Shown piece by piece: positions 42,220 through 55,330 of a stretch of DNA of 64,000 nt (its first letter is position 1; every line of letters starts with the position of its first letter). The DNA is taken from assembly GCF_006345805.1 (NCBI RefSeq), contig NC_043024.1, forward strand, positions 1-64,000, given 5' to 3'. Under the pieces are notes generated by a model. The model saw only the letters and a program-made list of their open reading frames with translations, ran no database searches and was not told where the DNA came from. The DNA comes from Octopus sinensis. Its lineage: Eukaryota. Both the position numbers and the translations under genes were made by a program.

Positions 42220-42856
42220 TCCAATTTGGCCAACCCCAAGGAAAAACTAAGCTAAGGGTATTAGATTCCTTGGAAGAAAGCGTCGAATGTATACAAAAAC
42301 AAGGACAGAAAAACAGACAATGTTACACAAATATAAATATAATAGATACAATATAAAAAATATAAAAATAATAACAGGACATAACAGGTGTCTTTCGACT
42401 GGGGACGAATTGAATTAAGCTGGCGCGTGTGGAAATGAAGCCTTACGGCAGAGATACAGAACTTTCACAAACACAGGGAAGATCATCGATGTTGCACGGA
42501 CGACGGTCATACCCACAAAGGGCGAGGAGTAGACCGATCGGTCACGTGGGAAGAGAAGAGAGAGAAAAATAGAAGCAGAGGGACAAAAGAATTTAGGAGG
42601 GGGAAGAGAAGAGAGAGAGAGTTGTAGAAGCAGATGGACAGAAGAATTAAGGAGGGTGATAAAAAATGACAGGGACATAGTGAAGTGAAACGTGGAAGGA
42701 AGTAAGAAGAGAAGGCAAAGAAATGCGAGAGAGGGGGAATGAAAGAATGAAGAGGGGAATGAACGAATAAGCGTGAAGGGGCTGATAGAAACAGAATCGT
42801 ATAAGACTCTGCAAAACGTGCACCCACATATAAGAGAACAAAATGTACGTACGCCG

Positions 42857-42896
<40 letters not shown>

Positions 42897-43077
42897 ATTA
42901 TATATATATATATATAATATATATATAAATAAATATAAGAGAATGTCACTATTGGCTCATTCTAGCACTAGAAAATCCAAAAGGTTCAACCACAAAAATA
43001 CATGTTTCCCGTGAAAGTCAGTACGATTGTTAGCTCACACGAACAGGGCAAATAAAAAATAACAAAAATACAGATTA

Positions 43078-43155
43078 TTTGGGACAATTGTTTCGCTATT
43101 AATGAATTAAATGTAATTTTACTTACAAAAAACCCACTTGTAGCTCCTCGCCAAA
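43078..43155 (-). ncRNA. Type I hammerhead (core lacks U4)
   Basis: TTTGG C-GAGGA GCTA...TAGC GAAACAATTGT C CCAAA. Lies in the direct-plus-inverted repeat module 42935-43880. Confidence 0.7.
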
Positions 43156-43876
43156 ACTATCTGGATGAAATCCACTCAATCACACGCCAGATTTTACCAT
43201 AACGATAAATACACGTGTAGTTCAATTGATTACATCCGACGTTATAATTCAAATGCCCCTACTAACAGCGCGCCAAACTTTCATGGAAACAAATACCACA
43301 TTTAGAAATAAATGTAGCATAATTATAATTAATTATAAGGGTGAGAGAATTAGATACTATATCTATTCAACACCAAGTGGCCCAGTGCTACGAGAAACCT
43401 GGATTATTATAATATTTTATTATATATTATAAATTTTATACAAAAATAAATATAGAGAATGGTCCACTATGTTTCTCATTCTAGCACTAGAAAATCCAAA
43501 GGTTTCATCAACCACAAAAATACATGTTTCCCGTGAAAGTCAGTACGATTGTTAGCTCACACGAACAGGGCAAATAAAAAATAACAAAAATACAGATTAT
43601 TTGGGACAATTGTTTCGCTATTAATGAATTAAATGTAATTTTACTTACATTTTGTGAGCTAACAATCGTAACTGACTTTCACGGGAAACATGTATTTTTG
43701 TGGTTGAACCTTTTGATTTTCTAGTGCTAGATGAGCCACATAGTGACCATTCTCTTATATTTATTTTTGTATAAAATATTATAAATATATATAAAATATT
43801 ATAATAATCCAGGTTTCTATTAGCACTGGGCCACTTGGTGTTGAATAGATAGTATCTATTCTCTCACCCTTATTAA

Positions 43877-43951
<75 letters not shown>

Positions 43952-44199
43952 CAAAATGGGACAGAACGCAAAACATCCGGACAACTAGGTGATACAAAAA
44001 GGGACAACAAAACATCCAGATAGACGATACAAAAAATAAAAACAAAACAAGGATAGGTCATTCGAAGCTTTCTATCCTCAGTCAAGAACCGGATCGTCTT
44101 CGCAATTTCGGGTGATTAATATTGAGATATATATATGAGTACAGGACGTCACTAAGAGCTAATAACATGAAATACGAAAACAAATGCATTATGTATGTA

Positions 44200-44232
<33 letters not shown>

Positions 44233-44234
44233 TG

Positions 44235-44265
<31 letters not shown>

Positions 44266-44519
44266 TGTATGTAGTATGTATGAATGTATATATATTATAT
44301 ATTCTATATATATATATATAATATATATATTATATATATATGTATTTATATGTATATGTATATATATTATAAAATGAGATAAGGGTTGACAATTCAACCC
44401 ACCATGGGATAACATATATCCAATATACTGCTAGAGAGGTACCCAACAAGACTAATACATAAATGTTAAAAATTGCCATGCAATTAGTTCATCTACTGTA
44501 TTTTGTGGGCAAGGGTAAA

Positions 44520-44812
44520 AATATTACCGTAAATTAATACTACAAAAGTAGAAAATGGAGAACATACTTAATCAATCAAACATCAACCATCAGATGATAC
44601 CCAATCAATACCATTACATAACATAAAGGGCATATACAAATATACTGTAAATATAATTAGACAAGGAAATAGAAATTTCCTTGTCTAATTATATTTACAG
44701 TATATTTTTGTATACTGCCTTTACTGTTATGTAATGGTATTGATTGGGTATCATCTGATGGTTGATGTTTGATTGATTTAAGTATGTTTCTCCATTTTCT
44801 AATTTTGTAGTT
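44520..44812. repeat. (TA)n-embedded fold-back module
   Basis: About 44545-44670 is inverted against 44675-44810. Confidence 0.8.
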
Positions 44813-45267
44813 ATATGTATATATATATATGTATACATGTATATATATATACATATGCATATATATATGTATATATATATATTATTTATATTATTATTTG
44901 ACTGAACGTCACGCATCCGTTTCCAAGTAAGATTATCTAAATCTTTTTCCTGCGACTCTATACAGTTTTCTTCCCCATCATTTTTTTCTCACCCTTTTCT
45001 CTAATTCCATTTTTCTCTCCTTCACCGTTTTCTATCTGTCTTTCTCTCGCTCTTAATCCTTTTCTCTCTCTCTCTCTCTCTCTCTCGTTGCTCACACGTG
45101 ACCATCGTGGTCACCTTTCTTTTCTTTCAGGACTGTTCCATGGACTGGACGTAATCTATCTCTCTTTTCTCATAAATAATGATGTTTTTGAAGCAAAAAC
45201 ATCACTATTTTGAGGGTAAAATTCAATCATTACACATTAGGTGAAATTATTAAGATACAACTTTATG

Positions 45268-45327
<60 letters not shown>

Positions 45328-45666
45328 TATAATATATACATGTTTGTGTGTGCGTGTATGTATACGTAACTACCGGTGAACTCCGCCTAGCAAATTATTT
45401 TAATTGTTAATTAGAGTTTGAAATCTGGGTATGGCTGTAAAAAACAAGGTAAAAGCTTTATTTTTCATTCCCTTCAAAAATTGCTCTTAAATGTGGTTTT
45501 GGTCGTTTTGACTGCTTCTTCTAGCGTGTAAGGTTGTCTGTTAAAAGCCGCCTCTCCTGTGTTTAAATGTACATTGATTTTGTATGGAGAATATGTTGTC
45601 TATTGACTATACATGCTGGGCCACTGGTACTGAAATGTCTACCTATATATTTTACGAATGTTGTGA

Positions 45667-45697
<31 letters not shown>

Positions 45698-45716
45698 CTA
45701 TATATATCTATATATA

Positions 45717-45758
<42 letters not shown>

Positions 45759-46063
45759 GATGTATGCTTGTATGTATGCATGTATATATATATATATATA
45801 TTATATATACATACCACATATATATATATATGCATACACATATATATACGCACACACTTGTGTGTGTTTGTGTGTGATGCAAAATTTCATTAAGAATCTG
45901 AAATTTAATTAACTAAAATTTTATAGAAGCTAATTAAAAATTTGAATATTTCTCATCATGTTTGTTTCATTATTCAGAGTCGCAAAAAATAAAATTTGTC
46001 TAGTAAGACAATATTTCTGAGAATACGTGTGTGTGTCTTTGTGTGTATGTGTATGTGTGAGTG

Positions 46064-46112
<49 letters not shown>

Positions 46113-46165
46113 ATGTATGTACGTATGCATATATATAGAATGTGTGTGAATATATTATATATATA

Positions 46166-46206
<41 letters not shown>

Positions 46207-46209
<3 letters not shown>

Positions 46210-47728
46210 AGTTATAGCTATTTCTTCTACTAAAAGGGAGATCTCAGTAAAACAGCAATTGGAAGGCAGACACAAACAGGTAAGAGAGAATGAATTGACG
46301 GCCATCTATCATACAATTTTAAGTTATCTACGGACGTACGTTCGAAATCAAGTTTTTTTTGGAAAGCATAAGAATTAAATATTAATAATTCTACCTATCA
46401 ATTACACCAAGTAGTCTTCGGCATGTAAAAGCCCATTCGAGGAAAATTTAAGTAATACTAAGCAATAAAGGGTTTGCAACGAATTGCCTTACCACATAAC
46501 CGAATTTAGAAATAGCAGTCAAAGAGTTATAGCTATTTCCTTCTACTAAAAAGGGAGATCTCAGTAAAAACAGCAATTGAAGGCAGACACAAACAGGTAA
46601 GAGAGAATGAATTGACGGCAATCTATCATACAAGTTTAAGTTATCTACGGACGTACGTTTCGAAATCAAGTTTTTAGGAAAGCATAAGAATAAATATTAA
46701 ATAATTCTACCTACCAAAACTTCTTTTCTCTTCAGCGTAGAATACTATAATCATAAATGATTATATATTGAATTTTGAGATACTAGAAGGCACCAACTCA
46801 ACTCAGTATCAGAGCGAGCTAGAATCCGCAACTAGTATCACAAATTCAAAGTGTGAGTGAAATCTTTGTGTCACCAGCCCCTTCCCACGCGTGGTAGCCA
46901 AAACAAGATGCTGTGGTCATCTACTGAGATAAATATGGTTATCCGTAATAATGAGTGAAATTAATTAATTTGGAATAATTATCAATTACACCAGTAGTCT
47001 TCGGCATGTAAAAGCCTCATTCGAGGAAAATTTAAGTATACTAACTAGCAATAAGGGTTTAGCACGAATTGCCTTACCACATACCGAATTAGAAATAGCA
47101 GTCAAAGAGTTATAGCTATTTCTTCTACTAAAAAGGGAGATCTCAGTAAAAACAGCAATTGGAAGGCAGACACAAACAGGTAAGAGAAGAGAATTGACGG
47201 CAATCTATCATACAATTTTAAGTTATCTACGGACGTACGTTTCGAAACGTATTTTATCTCAGTAGATGACCACAAGCATCTTGTTTTGGCTACACGCGGG
47301 TGGGAAGGGGCTGGTGACACAATCTTTTCACTCACACTTTGAATTTGGTGATACTAGTTGCGGATTCTAGCTCGCTCTGATACTGAGTTTGAGTTGTGCC
47401 TTCTAGTATCTCAAAATTCAATATATAATCATTTATGATTATAGTATTCTACGCTGAAGAGAAAGAAGTTTTGGTAAGGTAGAATTATTTAATATTTAAT
47501 TCTTATGCTTTCCTAAAAACTTGATTTCGAACGTACGTCCGTAGATAACTTAAAATTGTATGATAGATCGCCGTCAATTCATTCTCTTACCTGTTTGTGT
47601 CTGCCTCCAATTGCTGTTTTTTACTGAGATCTCCCTTTTTAGTAGAAGAAATAGCTATAACTCTTTGACTGCTATTTCTAATTCGGTATGTGGTAAGGCA
47701 ATTCGTTGCTAAACCCTTTATTGCTTAG
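46207..47728. repeat. pLTR-like module with tandem and inverted copies
   Basis: AAGAGTTATAGCTATTTC unit at about 46207, 46523 and 47105; inverted copy at about 47250-47728. Confidence 0.85.
46644..46741 (-). ncRNA. Type I hammerhead with palindromic stem III
   Basis: TCTACG CTGAAGA GAAA...TTTC GAAACGTACGT C CGTAGA. Mirror copy on + at 47448-47545 has GAAC, one A short. Confidence 0.85.
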
Positions 47729-47754
47729 TATATATATAATAATACATATATATA

Positions 47755-47797
<43 letters not shown>

Positions 47798-48007
47798 GTA
47801 TATGTATATTTACATACACACCACACACCCACACACACACATATATAATATATAATAGAGAAATTGTACAAAATGTATAAGTGGATGATGAGGAACCACC
47901 GGTACAGTTTCAGTTACCTTTTGTTATCTGTAGATTTATTGCAGGAACTTCGTAATGGCGGTTGGGGTAACAGTATTCATAAAATAGGAGATGGAATGTG
48001 TAATAGA

Positions 48008-48068
48008 TTTTATTGGGTACAACACGTGTTTCGACCCATTTTGGGTCTCTTCAGGCACATCAATAAAA
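48008..48068 (-). ncRNA. Type I hammerhead with extended stem I
   Basis: TTTTATTG at GTGC CTGAAGA GACCCA aaa TGGGTC GAAACACGTGT T GTAC c CAATAAAA. Confidence 0.85.
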
Positions 48069-48328
48069 GTCTCACTAGAGATTTCTTGAGTCGGCTTACG
48101 TACCGCTATATGTCTATCAGATTCGGGAATGAGTAAAATCAGAGAAAAAAGTTCAAGTATGAATGTGGAAAGTTTACGTTCTAGCTTAGAGAAAATGATG
48201 TAATCAGCTTTCGCTGTTAAGAGAAAGACAAGGAAGTAGAAGTTGAAAGGGAGATAATACTTAGACGAAAATTCTTTTTGTGTTCGAGCTTATACACATA
48301 TATACACACACAGTGATATATATATTAT

Positions 48329-48369
<41 letters not shown>

Positions 48370-48384
48370 TAATATATATTATAT

Positions 48385-50626
48385 TATATAAAAGGGCTTA
48401 GTAAAATAAATTACTTTGCCGCATACTGAACTCATTAGAAATAGCAGCCAAAACACTTTTTTAAGCTATTTCTAATACTTAACGAAAATCTCTCTCATAT
48501 ATAGTGTTTGCTTAATTCAACTCACAAAAGTTTGGGGTAAGGACATCGAAAAATCAAATGCTAAGGTTATTTGAGAACGTACGTTTCAAGATTAGTCAAA
48601 AACACCACTTCTATCATCAGCTCAGAATTCCTTGGTTTGGATTGGAAACACTGAAAATAAGAACATACCCTTTCGAAGATCTGCTCGTAACTACAGTGCC
48701 AACAAATTCAAAATAAGCAAGCGAAGAATCTCTGTTCTCCCCTTTCCACCAGCGTGGGTTAAAATCATCAAACACTATGCTTATTTCGGTAAAATCTGAA
48801 GACATTAATCAGAGGAGATTAATTATAATTTCAACAATTGAGGGCAAAATTAATTAATTATTAATCATTTTCACCAAGTGTTCAGTATGCAAAGGGACCA
48901 TTCAAGGCGAATTCAAATTATTACATTTGAATGGTCCCTTTGCATACTGAACACTTGGTGAAATTGATTAATAATTAATTAATTTTGCCCTCAATTGTTG
49001 AAATTATAATTAATCTCCCTCTGATTAATGCTTCAGATTTTACCGAAATAAGCATAGTGTTTGATGATTTTAACCCACGCTGGTGGAAAGGGGAGAACAG
49101 AGATTCTTCGCTTGCTTATTGATTTGTTGGCACTGTTAGTTACGAGCAGATTCTCGAAAGGGTATGTTCTTATTTTCAGTGTTTCCAAATCCAAACCAAG
49201 GAATTTCTGAGCTGATGATAGAATGTTGTTTTGACTAATCTTGAAACGTACGTTCTCAAATAACCTTAGCATTTGATTTTTCGATGTCCTTACCCCCAAC
49301 TTTTGTGATTGAATTAAGCAAACACTATATATGAGAGAGATTTTCGTTAAGTATTAGAAATAGCTTTAAAAAAGTTTTTTGGCTGCTATTTCTAATGAGT
49401 TCATATGCGGCAAAGTAATTTATTTTACTAAGCCCTTTTATATAATGTAATAATTTGAATTCGCCTTGAATGGTCCCTTTGCATACTGAACACTTGGTGA
49501 AATTATTAATAATTAATTAATTTTGCCCTCAATTGTTGAAATTATAATTAATCTCCCTCTGATTAATGCTTCAGATTTTAACGAAATAAGCATAGTGTTT
49601 GATGATTTTAACCCACGCTGGTGGAAAGGGAGAACAGAGATTCTTCGCTTGCTTATTTTGAATTGTTGGCACTGTTAGTTACGAGCAGATCTTCGAAAGG
49701 GTATGTTCTTATTTTCAGTGTTTCCAATCCAAACCAAGGAATTTCTGAGCTGATGATAGAAGTGTTGTTTTTGACTAATCTTGAAACGTCCGTTTCTCAA
49801 ATACCCTTAGCATTTGATTTTTCGATGTCCTTACCCCCAAACTTTTGTGAGTTGAATTAAGCAAACACTATATATGAGAGAGATTTCGTTAAGTATTAGA
49901 AATAGCTTTAAAAAAGTTTTTTGGCTGCTATTTCTAATGAGTTCAGTATGCGGCAAAGTAATTTATTTACTAAGCCCTTTTATATAATGTAATATTTGAA
50001 TTCGCCTTGAATGGTCCCTTTGCATACTGAACACTTGGTGAAATTGATTAATAATTAATTAATTTTTGCCCTCAATTGTTGAAATTATAATTAATCCCCT
50101 CCCTGATTAATGCTTTCAGATTTTACCGAAATAAGCATAGTGTTTGATGATTTTAACCCCGCTGGTGAAAGGGGAGAACAGAGATTCTTCGCTTGCTTAT
50201 TTTGAATTTGTTGGCACTGTTAGTTACGAGCAGATCTTCGAAAGGGTATGTTCTTATTTTCAGTGTTTCCAAATCCAAACCAAGGAATTTCTGAGCTGAT
50301 GATAGAAGTGTTGTTTTGACTAATCTTGAAACGTACGTTCTCAAATACCTTAGCATTTGATTTTTCGATGTCCTTACCCCCAAACTTTTGTGAGTTGAAT
50401 TAAGCAAACACTATATATGAGAGAGATTTTCGTTAAGTATTAGAATAGCTTTAAAAAAAGTTTTTTGGCTGCTATTTCTAATGAGTTCAGTATGCGGCAA
50501 AGTAATTTATTTTACTAAGCCCTTTTATATAATGTAATAATTTGAATTCGCCTTGAATGGTCCCTTTGCATACTGAACACTTGGTGAAATTGATTAATAA
50601 TTAATTAATTTTGCCCTCAATTGTTG

Positions 50627-50630
<4 letters not shown>
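48385..50630 (+). repeat. Hammerhead-containing ~540-bp unit: one inverted copy plus three tandem copies
   Basis: TGAG CTGATGA tAGA..TCTt GAAACGTACGT T CTCA at 48572-48624(-), 49208-49258, 49746-49799 and 50292-50343(+). Confidence 0.9.
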
Positions 50631-50701
<71 letters not shown>

Positions 50702-51127
50702 ATAATATATATATATATTATATATGGTCTGTCTATAGCACTTATTCAGCATTACATGGCACCTTTGTATCTCAATGACACCATTATCTCTTATACATAT
50801 ATACGCAATATACATACGCAATATACATACGCACTTACACAGGCAAATCCAAGTATATGGGCATATACATACAACTAGATACACGCGCATAGCACATGTA
50901 TGGACGAATATATACATATATATGTATAGGAACTCGTATACGCAGGTACACATGTGTATATATACATAAATATACGTATATAGCATAGATAAATATGTGC
51001 ATAGATTCGTACGTAAAGCAAGATGCAGACGTCTGTGCAAAGCTTGAAACACACACACACACGTATCAATACACTCGCGTATACACATAAGCAATATATA
51101 TACATATGTATTTACGTATAATATACG

Positions 51128-51198
<71 letters not shown>

Positions 51199-51284
51199 TC
51201 TGTATATATACATATTATATATATATCTATATATATATATATATAATATATATATAATATATAATATATATAATATATATCTGT

Positions 51285-51342
<58 letters not shown>

Positions 51343-51473
51343 ATATCTGTATATATATATATATATATATATATTGATAAAACGGTAAGATAACAAAAGA
51401 AAGAAGCGACCTCGATATTATGTAAATAGAGGAATTTATCTGTAAATGTATATGTGACAATTATTCGGTATTC

Positions 51474-51598
51474 AGATAAAACTACGAGTTTCGGATGCCG
51501 AGGTGGAAATCCACACCCCATCTCTTCAGTTTATCCGGATAACTGAAGAGATGGCGGCGTGGATTTCCACCTCGGCATCAGAACTCGTAGTTTTATCT
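51474..51598. ncRNA. Back-to-back hammerheads, family A
   Basis: Axis TCCGGA at 51534-51539. Minus copy GGATAAA CTGAAGA GATG..CATCC GAAACTCGTAGT T TTATCT; plus copy from 51537 has GAAC. Confidence 0.75.
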
Positions 51599-51667
51599 TG
51601 AATAACGAATAATTGTCACATATTACATTTACAGATATATATATATATATATATATATTTATTATAT

Positions 51668-51775
51668 AGAAGGAGCTTCTACAGGACTAGACTGTTTCAT
51701 TCAAGAGAAATCTTCAGGAGCTTCCTGAAGATTTCTCTTGAATGAACAGTTCTAGTCCTGTAGAACTCCTTCTAT
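51668..51775. ncRNA. Back-to-back hammerheads, family B
   Basis: CTGAAGA TTTC tctt GAAT GAAACAG..CTGT A GAAGCT; axis at about 51720. Confidence 0.7.
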
Positions 51776-52386
51776 ATAATAAATTATTTTACTCTACTAT
51801 GTATTGAGTACCTTATTTACTGTGGTTAACCCCGAATCAACCCGGGACCTACATATATATATATTATATATATATATAATATATATAATATATATATATA
51901 TATTATTATATATATATATATATATCATATATAATAATCATATAAATAATATATATATATGCACATATACATACGTATGTACATACTTACATCTATGCGT
52001 ATATATATATATGCATATGTGGGCACAGGAAGTCACGAAACGTGTACAACAAAAAAGTACGAAGCACGAGTACATGGAACATGAACTGTTCTTTCGAACA
52101 ACAAATGACACAAATGGAAAACAAAACAAACAACATAAAGAACGACCCTTCGTCAGTTGTTCGCTGCTTTTCTCATTACATCGACTCCAGTGTTCACCTG
52201 GTGCGTATTTTATCGTCCCTGTAAGGATGAAAGGCAAAGTCGAGTTTGAACTCAGAATGTAAAGGTATTTTGCCCGACGTGCCAACGATTCTGCTAGCTT
52301 CTCACCCTCTTCTTCTTCTACTCCCCCCACTACTACTACTACTACCACCACCACCACCACCACCACCACCAAAACCACCACCACTA

Positions 52387-52443
<57 letters not shown>

Positions 52444-52597
52444 TACAACTACTGATTATATTTTTTGCCACAAGGGCCCAAGAATAATTATAATAAACAA
52501 CTACATAAATAAAGGAATATATAAATAAATAATACTGATGATGATGACGATAATACTGATGACGACGTTGATGATAATGATTATTACGATGATGAAA

Positions 52598-52830
52598 GGC
52601 GGCGAGCTGGCAGAAACGTTAGCACGCCGGGCGAAATGCTTGGCAATATTTCGTCTGCCATTACGTTCTGAGTTCAAATTCCGCCGAGGTCGACTTTGCC
52701 TTTCATCCTTTCGGGGCCGATAAATTAAGCACCAGTTACACACTGGGGTCGATATAATCGACTTAATCCGTTTGTCTGTCCTTGTTTGTCTCCTCTATGT
52801 TTATCCCCTTGTGGGTAGTAAAGAAATAGA
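52598..52830 (+). mobile_element. Full-length SINE family C (Meta-domain-like)
   Basis: GGCGGCGAGCTGGCAGAA head, B box GAGTTCAAATTCC, core GCCTTTCATCCTTTCGGGG. Embedded in (ATG)n/(AAT)n; a partial minus copy lies at 52175-52300. Confidence 0.85.
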
Positions 52831-53570
52831 TTATTACGACGATGACGATGCTGATGATGATAATGATGATGATGAAGATAGTGATGATGATGGATGATGA
52901 AGGTGATGGCGATGATGATGATAATAATATTGTCTAAAATAATAACAATAACAACAACGACATCAAGAATAAGAACAACAACAGTAATGTTTTGTTTTCT
53001 CATTATTTCCGTCGTCTTTTTTAATCATTCGTTCAGTGGTTGGGGGGGTACCCCAGTCTTCCAGGAAATAAATAAATAAATAGATAAAATAATAAACTAG
53101 AATATAAAACAAATAATAATCAAATGGATAGATAAATAAATGAATGCTGATCAATCAGATGGAGCAGGAGATGGAAACAAGAAGACAAGCCATTATAAGC
53201 TATTGTTTTGTCAGCCGGACGTTTGCAATGAAATTACCATCACAGCCCACTTATTGGTTAATTGACCGTTTCTGCTGTAGACATTTTTTGTTGGTAAACC
53301 GTTCCTGCAGCATTAATATTAATAAGAAGATAAGGTTAAACTGAGTGTATAATTAATTCGAATGGGCGCTGTTTTAGAAGCAGATTCTGAACTGTTCAGT
53401 CAGCGTTGATTCTTGATTTACTGTTCTGTTGTCCGCTTGAAAGCGGAAATGACATTCATTGAGAAACTAAACATACGTACATATTTCATACATATATTCG
53501 TGTTTACATAAATGACTATATTATTATCACACCTGCATACAGGCATTCATTATCATATCCGTGTATATGC

Positions 53571-53609
<39 letters not shown>

Positions 53610-53619
53610 AATATATATA

Positions 53620-53674
<55 letters not shown>

Positions 53675-53890
53675 ATAACAATTTAACAATAAAACATATG
53701 CATACATACATACATATATGTACATACCTACATCTATATGTATATATACATGCATATATATATATATGAGTACAGGACACCACAAATAAACGTAGAACAC
53801 AACGAGAAAGGAAAACATAAAAACAAACAAGGAAACGGACTTTTTTTAACAATGAAAAAACAGAGTACAAGACAAACAATACAAGGAATA

Positions 53891-53953
53891 TTACCCTTCA
53901 TCAGCTGCCCCTGGTTCGACTCAATGCGTGTTTCGAAGGTAAGGGCAGAACAA
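53891..53953 (-). ncRNA. Candidate non-circularly permuted hammerhead
   Basis: TGT T CTGCCC TTACCTT C GAA ACA cgcattgagtcgaaccag GGGCAG CTGATGA AGGGTAA. Confidence 0.6.
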
Positions 53954-54780
53954 GATCCGGCCGAAGCAGTCCTTCCTGCAAAATGAATTAAATAAAATTC
54001 TTTTGCAGAGGGGTAAAAAAGAAAAAAAGTGACAAGAACAAGACGTAAAAGCAATACAAATAAAAATACAGTACACATAAAGAATAAAAACAGGACAATG
54101 AAACCAACATTGAGGGTTTTTTAAAGCCTAGACGGTGGAAAAATTCGTTGGAACGCGGTTCAGAAGATCGACTTGCTAGAGACAGAAGAAGTCGATGTTC
54201 ACTTGTTGAAATCTGCGAGCGAAAGAAAGTTTAGTAGCCCGGTCAGCGGCCAGAGAGAGGAGGAGTGAGAGAGAGAGAGAGAGAGAGGAAAAGAAACCAG
54301 AAAGGGTGAAAAATAAGAAGGAGAGAGACAGGTAGAGAGGAAGACAGACATGCAGGAAGGAAAGGTCAAAGAGTGCGCGTCATAATTATTAATAAAAACT
54401 TACTTGGAGGATAAGAGGCGACGCGAGACGTTCAGTCATATAATAACAATTTAACAATAAAACACATGCATACATACATACATACATACATATATATACA
54501 CACCTACATCTATATGTATATATACATGCATATATATATATATATAATATAATATTATATATATATTATATATATATATATATATATTATATATGAGTAC
54601 AGGACACCACAAATAAACGTAGACACAACGAGAAACGAATACATAAAAACAAACAAGGAAACGGACTTTTTTTAACAACGAAAAAACAGAGTACAAGACA
54701 AACATATATATATATATATGTATGTATATATATATATATATATATATAATATATTATATAAATATATAATATATATATAT

Positions 54781-55330
54781 TGGGTCATCCCATAAATAAT
54801 GCGATATTTTTATACTTTTATTTTTCAAAATTAAGATAAAGTTCTCTTTTAATCTAAAATATACTCTCCTTCATTTTCTACAATGCTCTTCCATCTATCT
54901 GGTAGATTTGCAAGGCCCCTCTTCTAAAATTCCGTTCTTCGTGACGAAAACTACTCTTCCATTACTGTTCTGACCTCGTCTACAGAGTTCATACTTTTTC
55001 CGTCCAAATGATTTTGAAGACTGCGAAATAAATGATAATTAGACGGCGTAATGTCCGGCGAATATGGTGGGTTGGGTATTGTTTTCCATTCAAACTGCTC
55101 CAGCCTTTGGAATGTCATCCTCACTGTTAGAGGCCGAGTATTATCCTTATGGAAGAACACTTTTCGTCTTGAAACCAAAGATGGTCGATTTTCTTCTAGC
55201 GCTAACTTAAGCCGGTCAAGATGCTCATAGTAGATCTCCCTTGTTAACGTTTGGTTTGGGTTTAAAAGTTCAAGGTGGACTAAACTTTTCATATCCCACC
55301 AAACATGGGTGAAGACCTTCGTTAGCATGG
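54781..55330 (-). mobile_element. Mariner 3' fragment (transposase catalytic domain and terminus)
   Basis: ORF 54951-55328 reads VWWD, HKDNTRP and PPYSPDITPSNYHLFRSL. TIR-like end TTGGGTCATCCCATAAATAATGCG next to TA. Confidence 0.9.

Noticed and set aside
48385-50630. CRISPR-like or gene-array interpretation
   Set aside because: Whole ~540-bp units repeat with no unique spacers; eukaryotic context and no cas genes.
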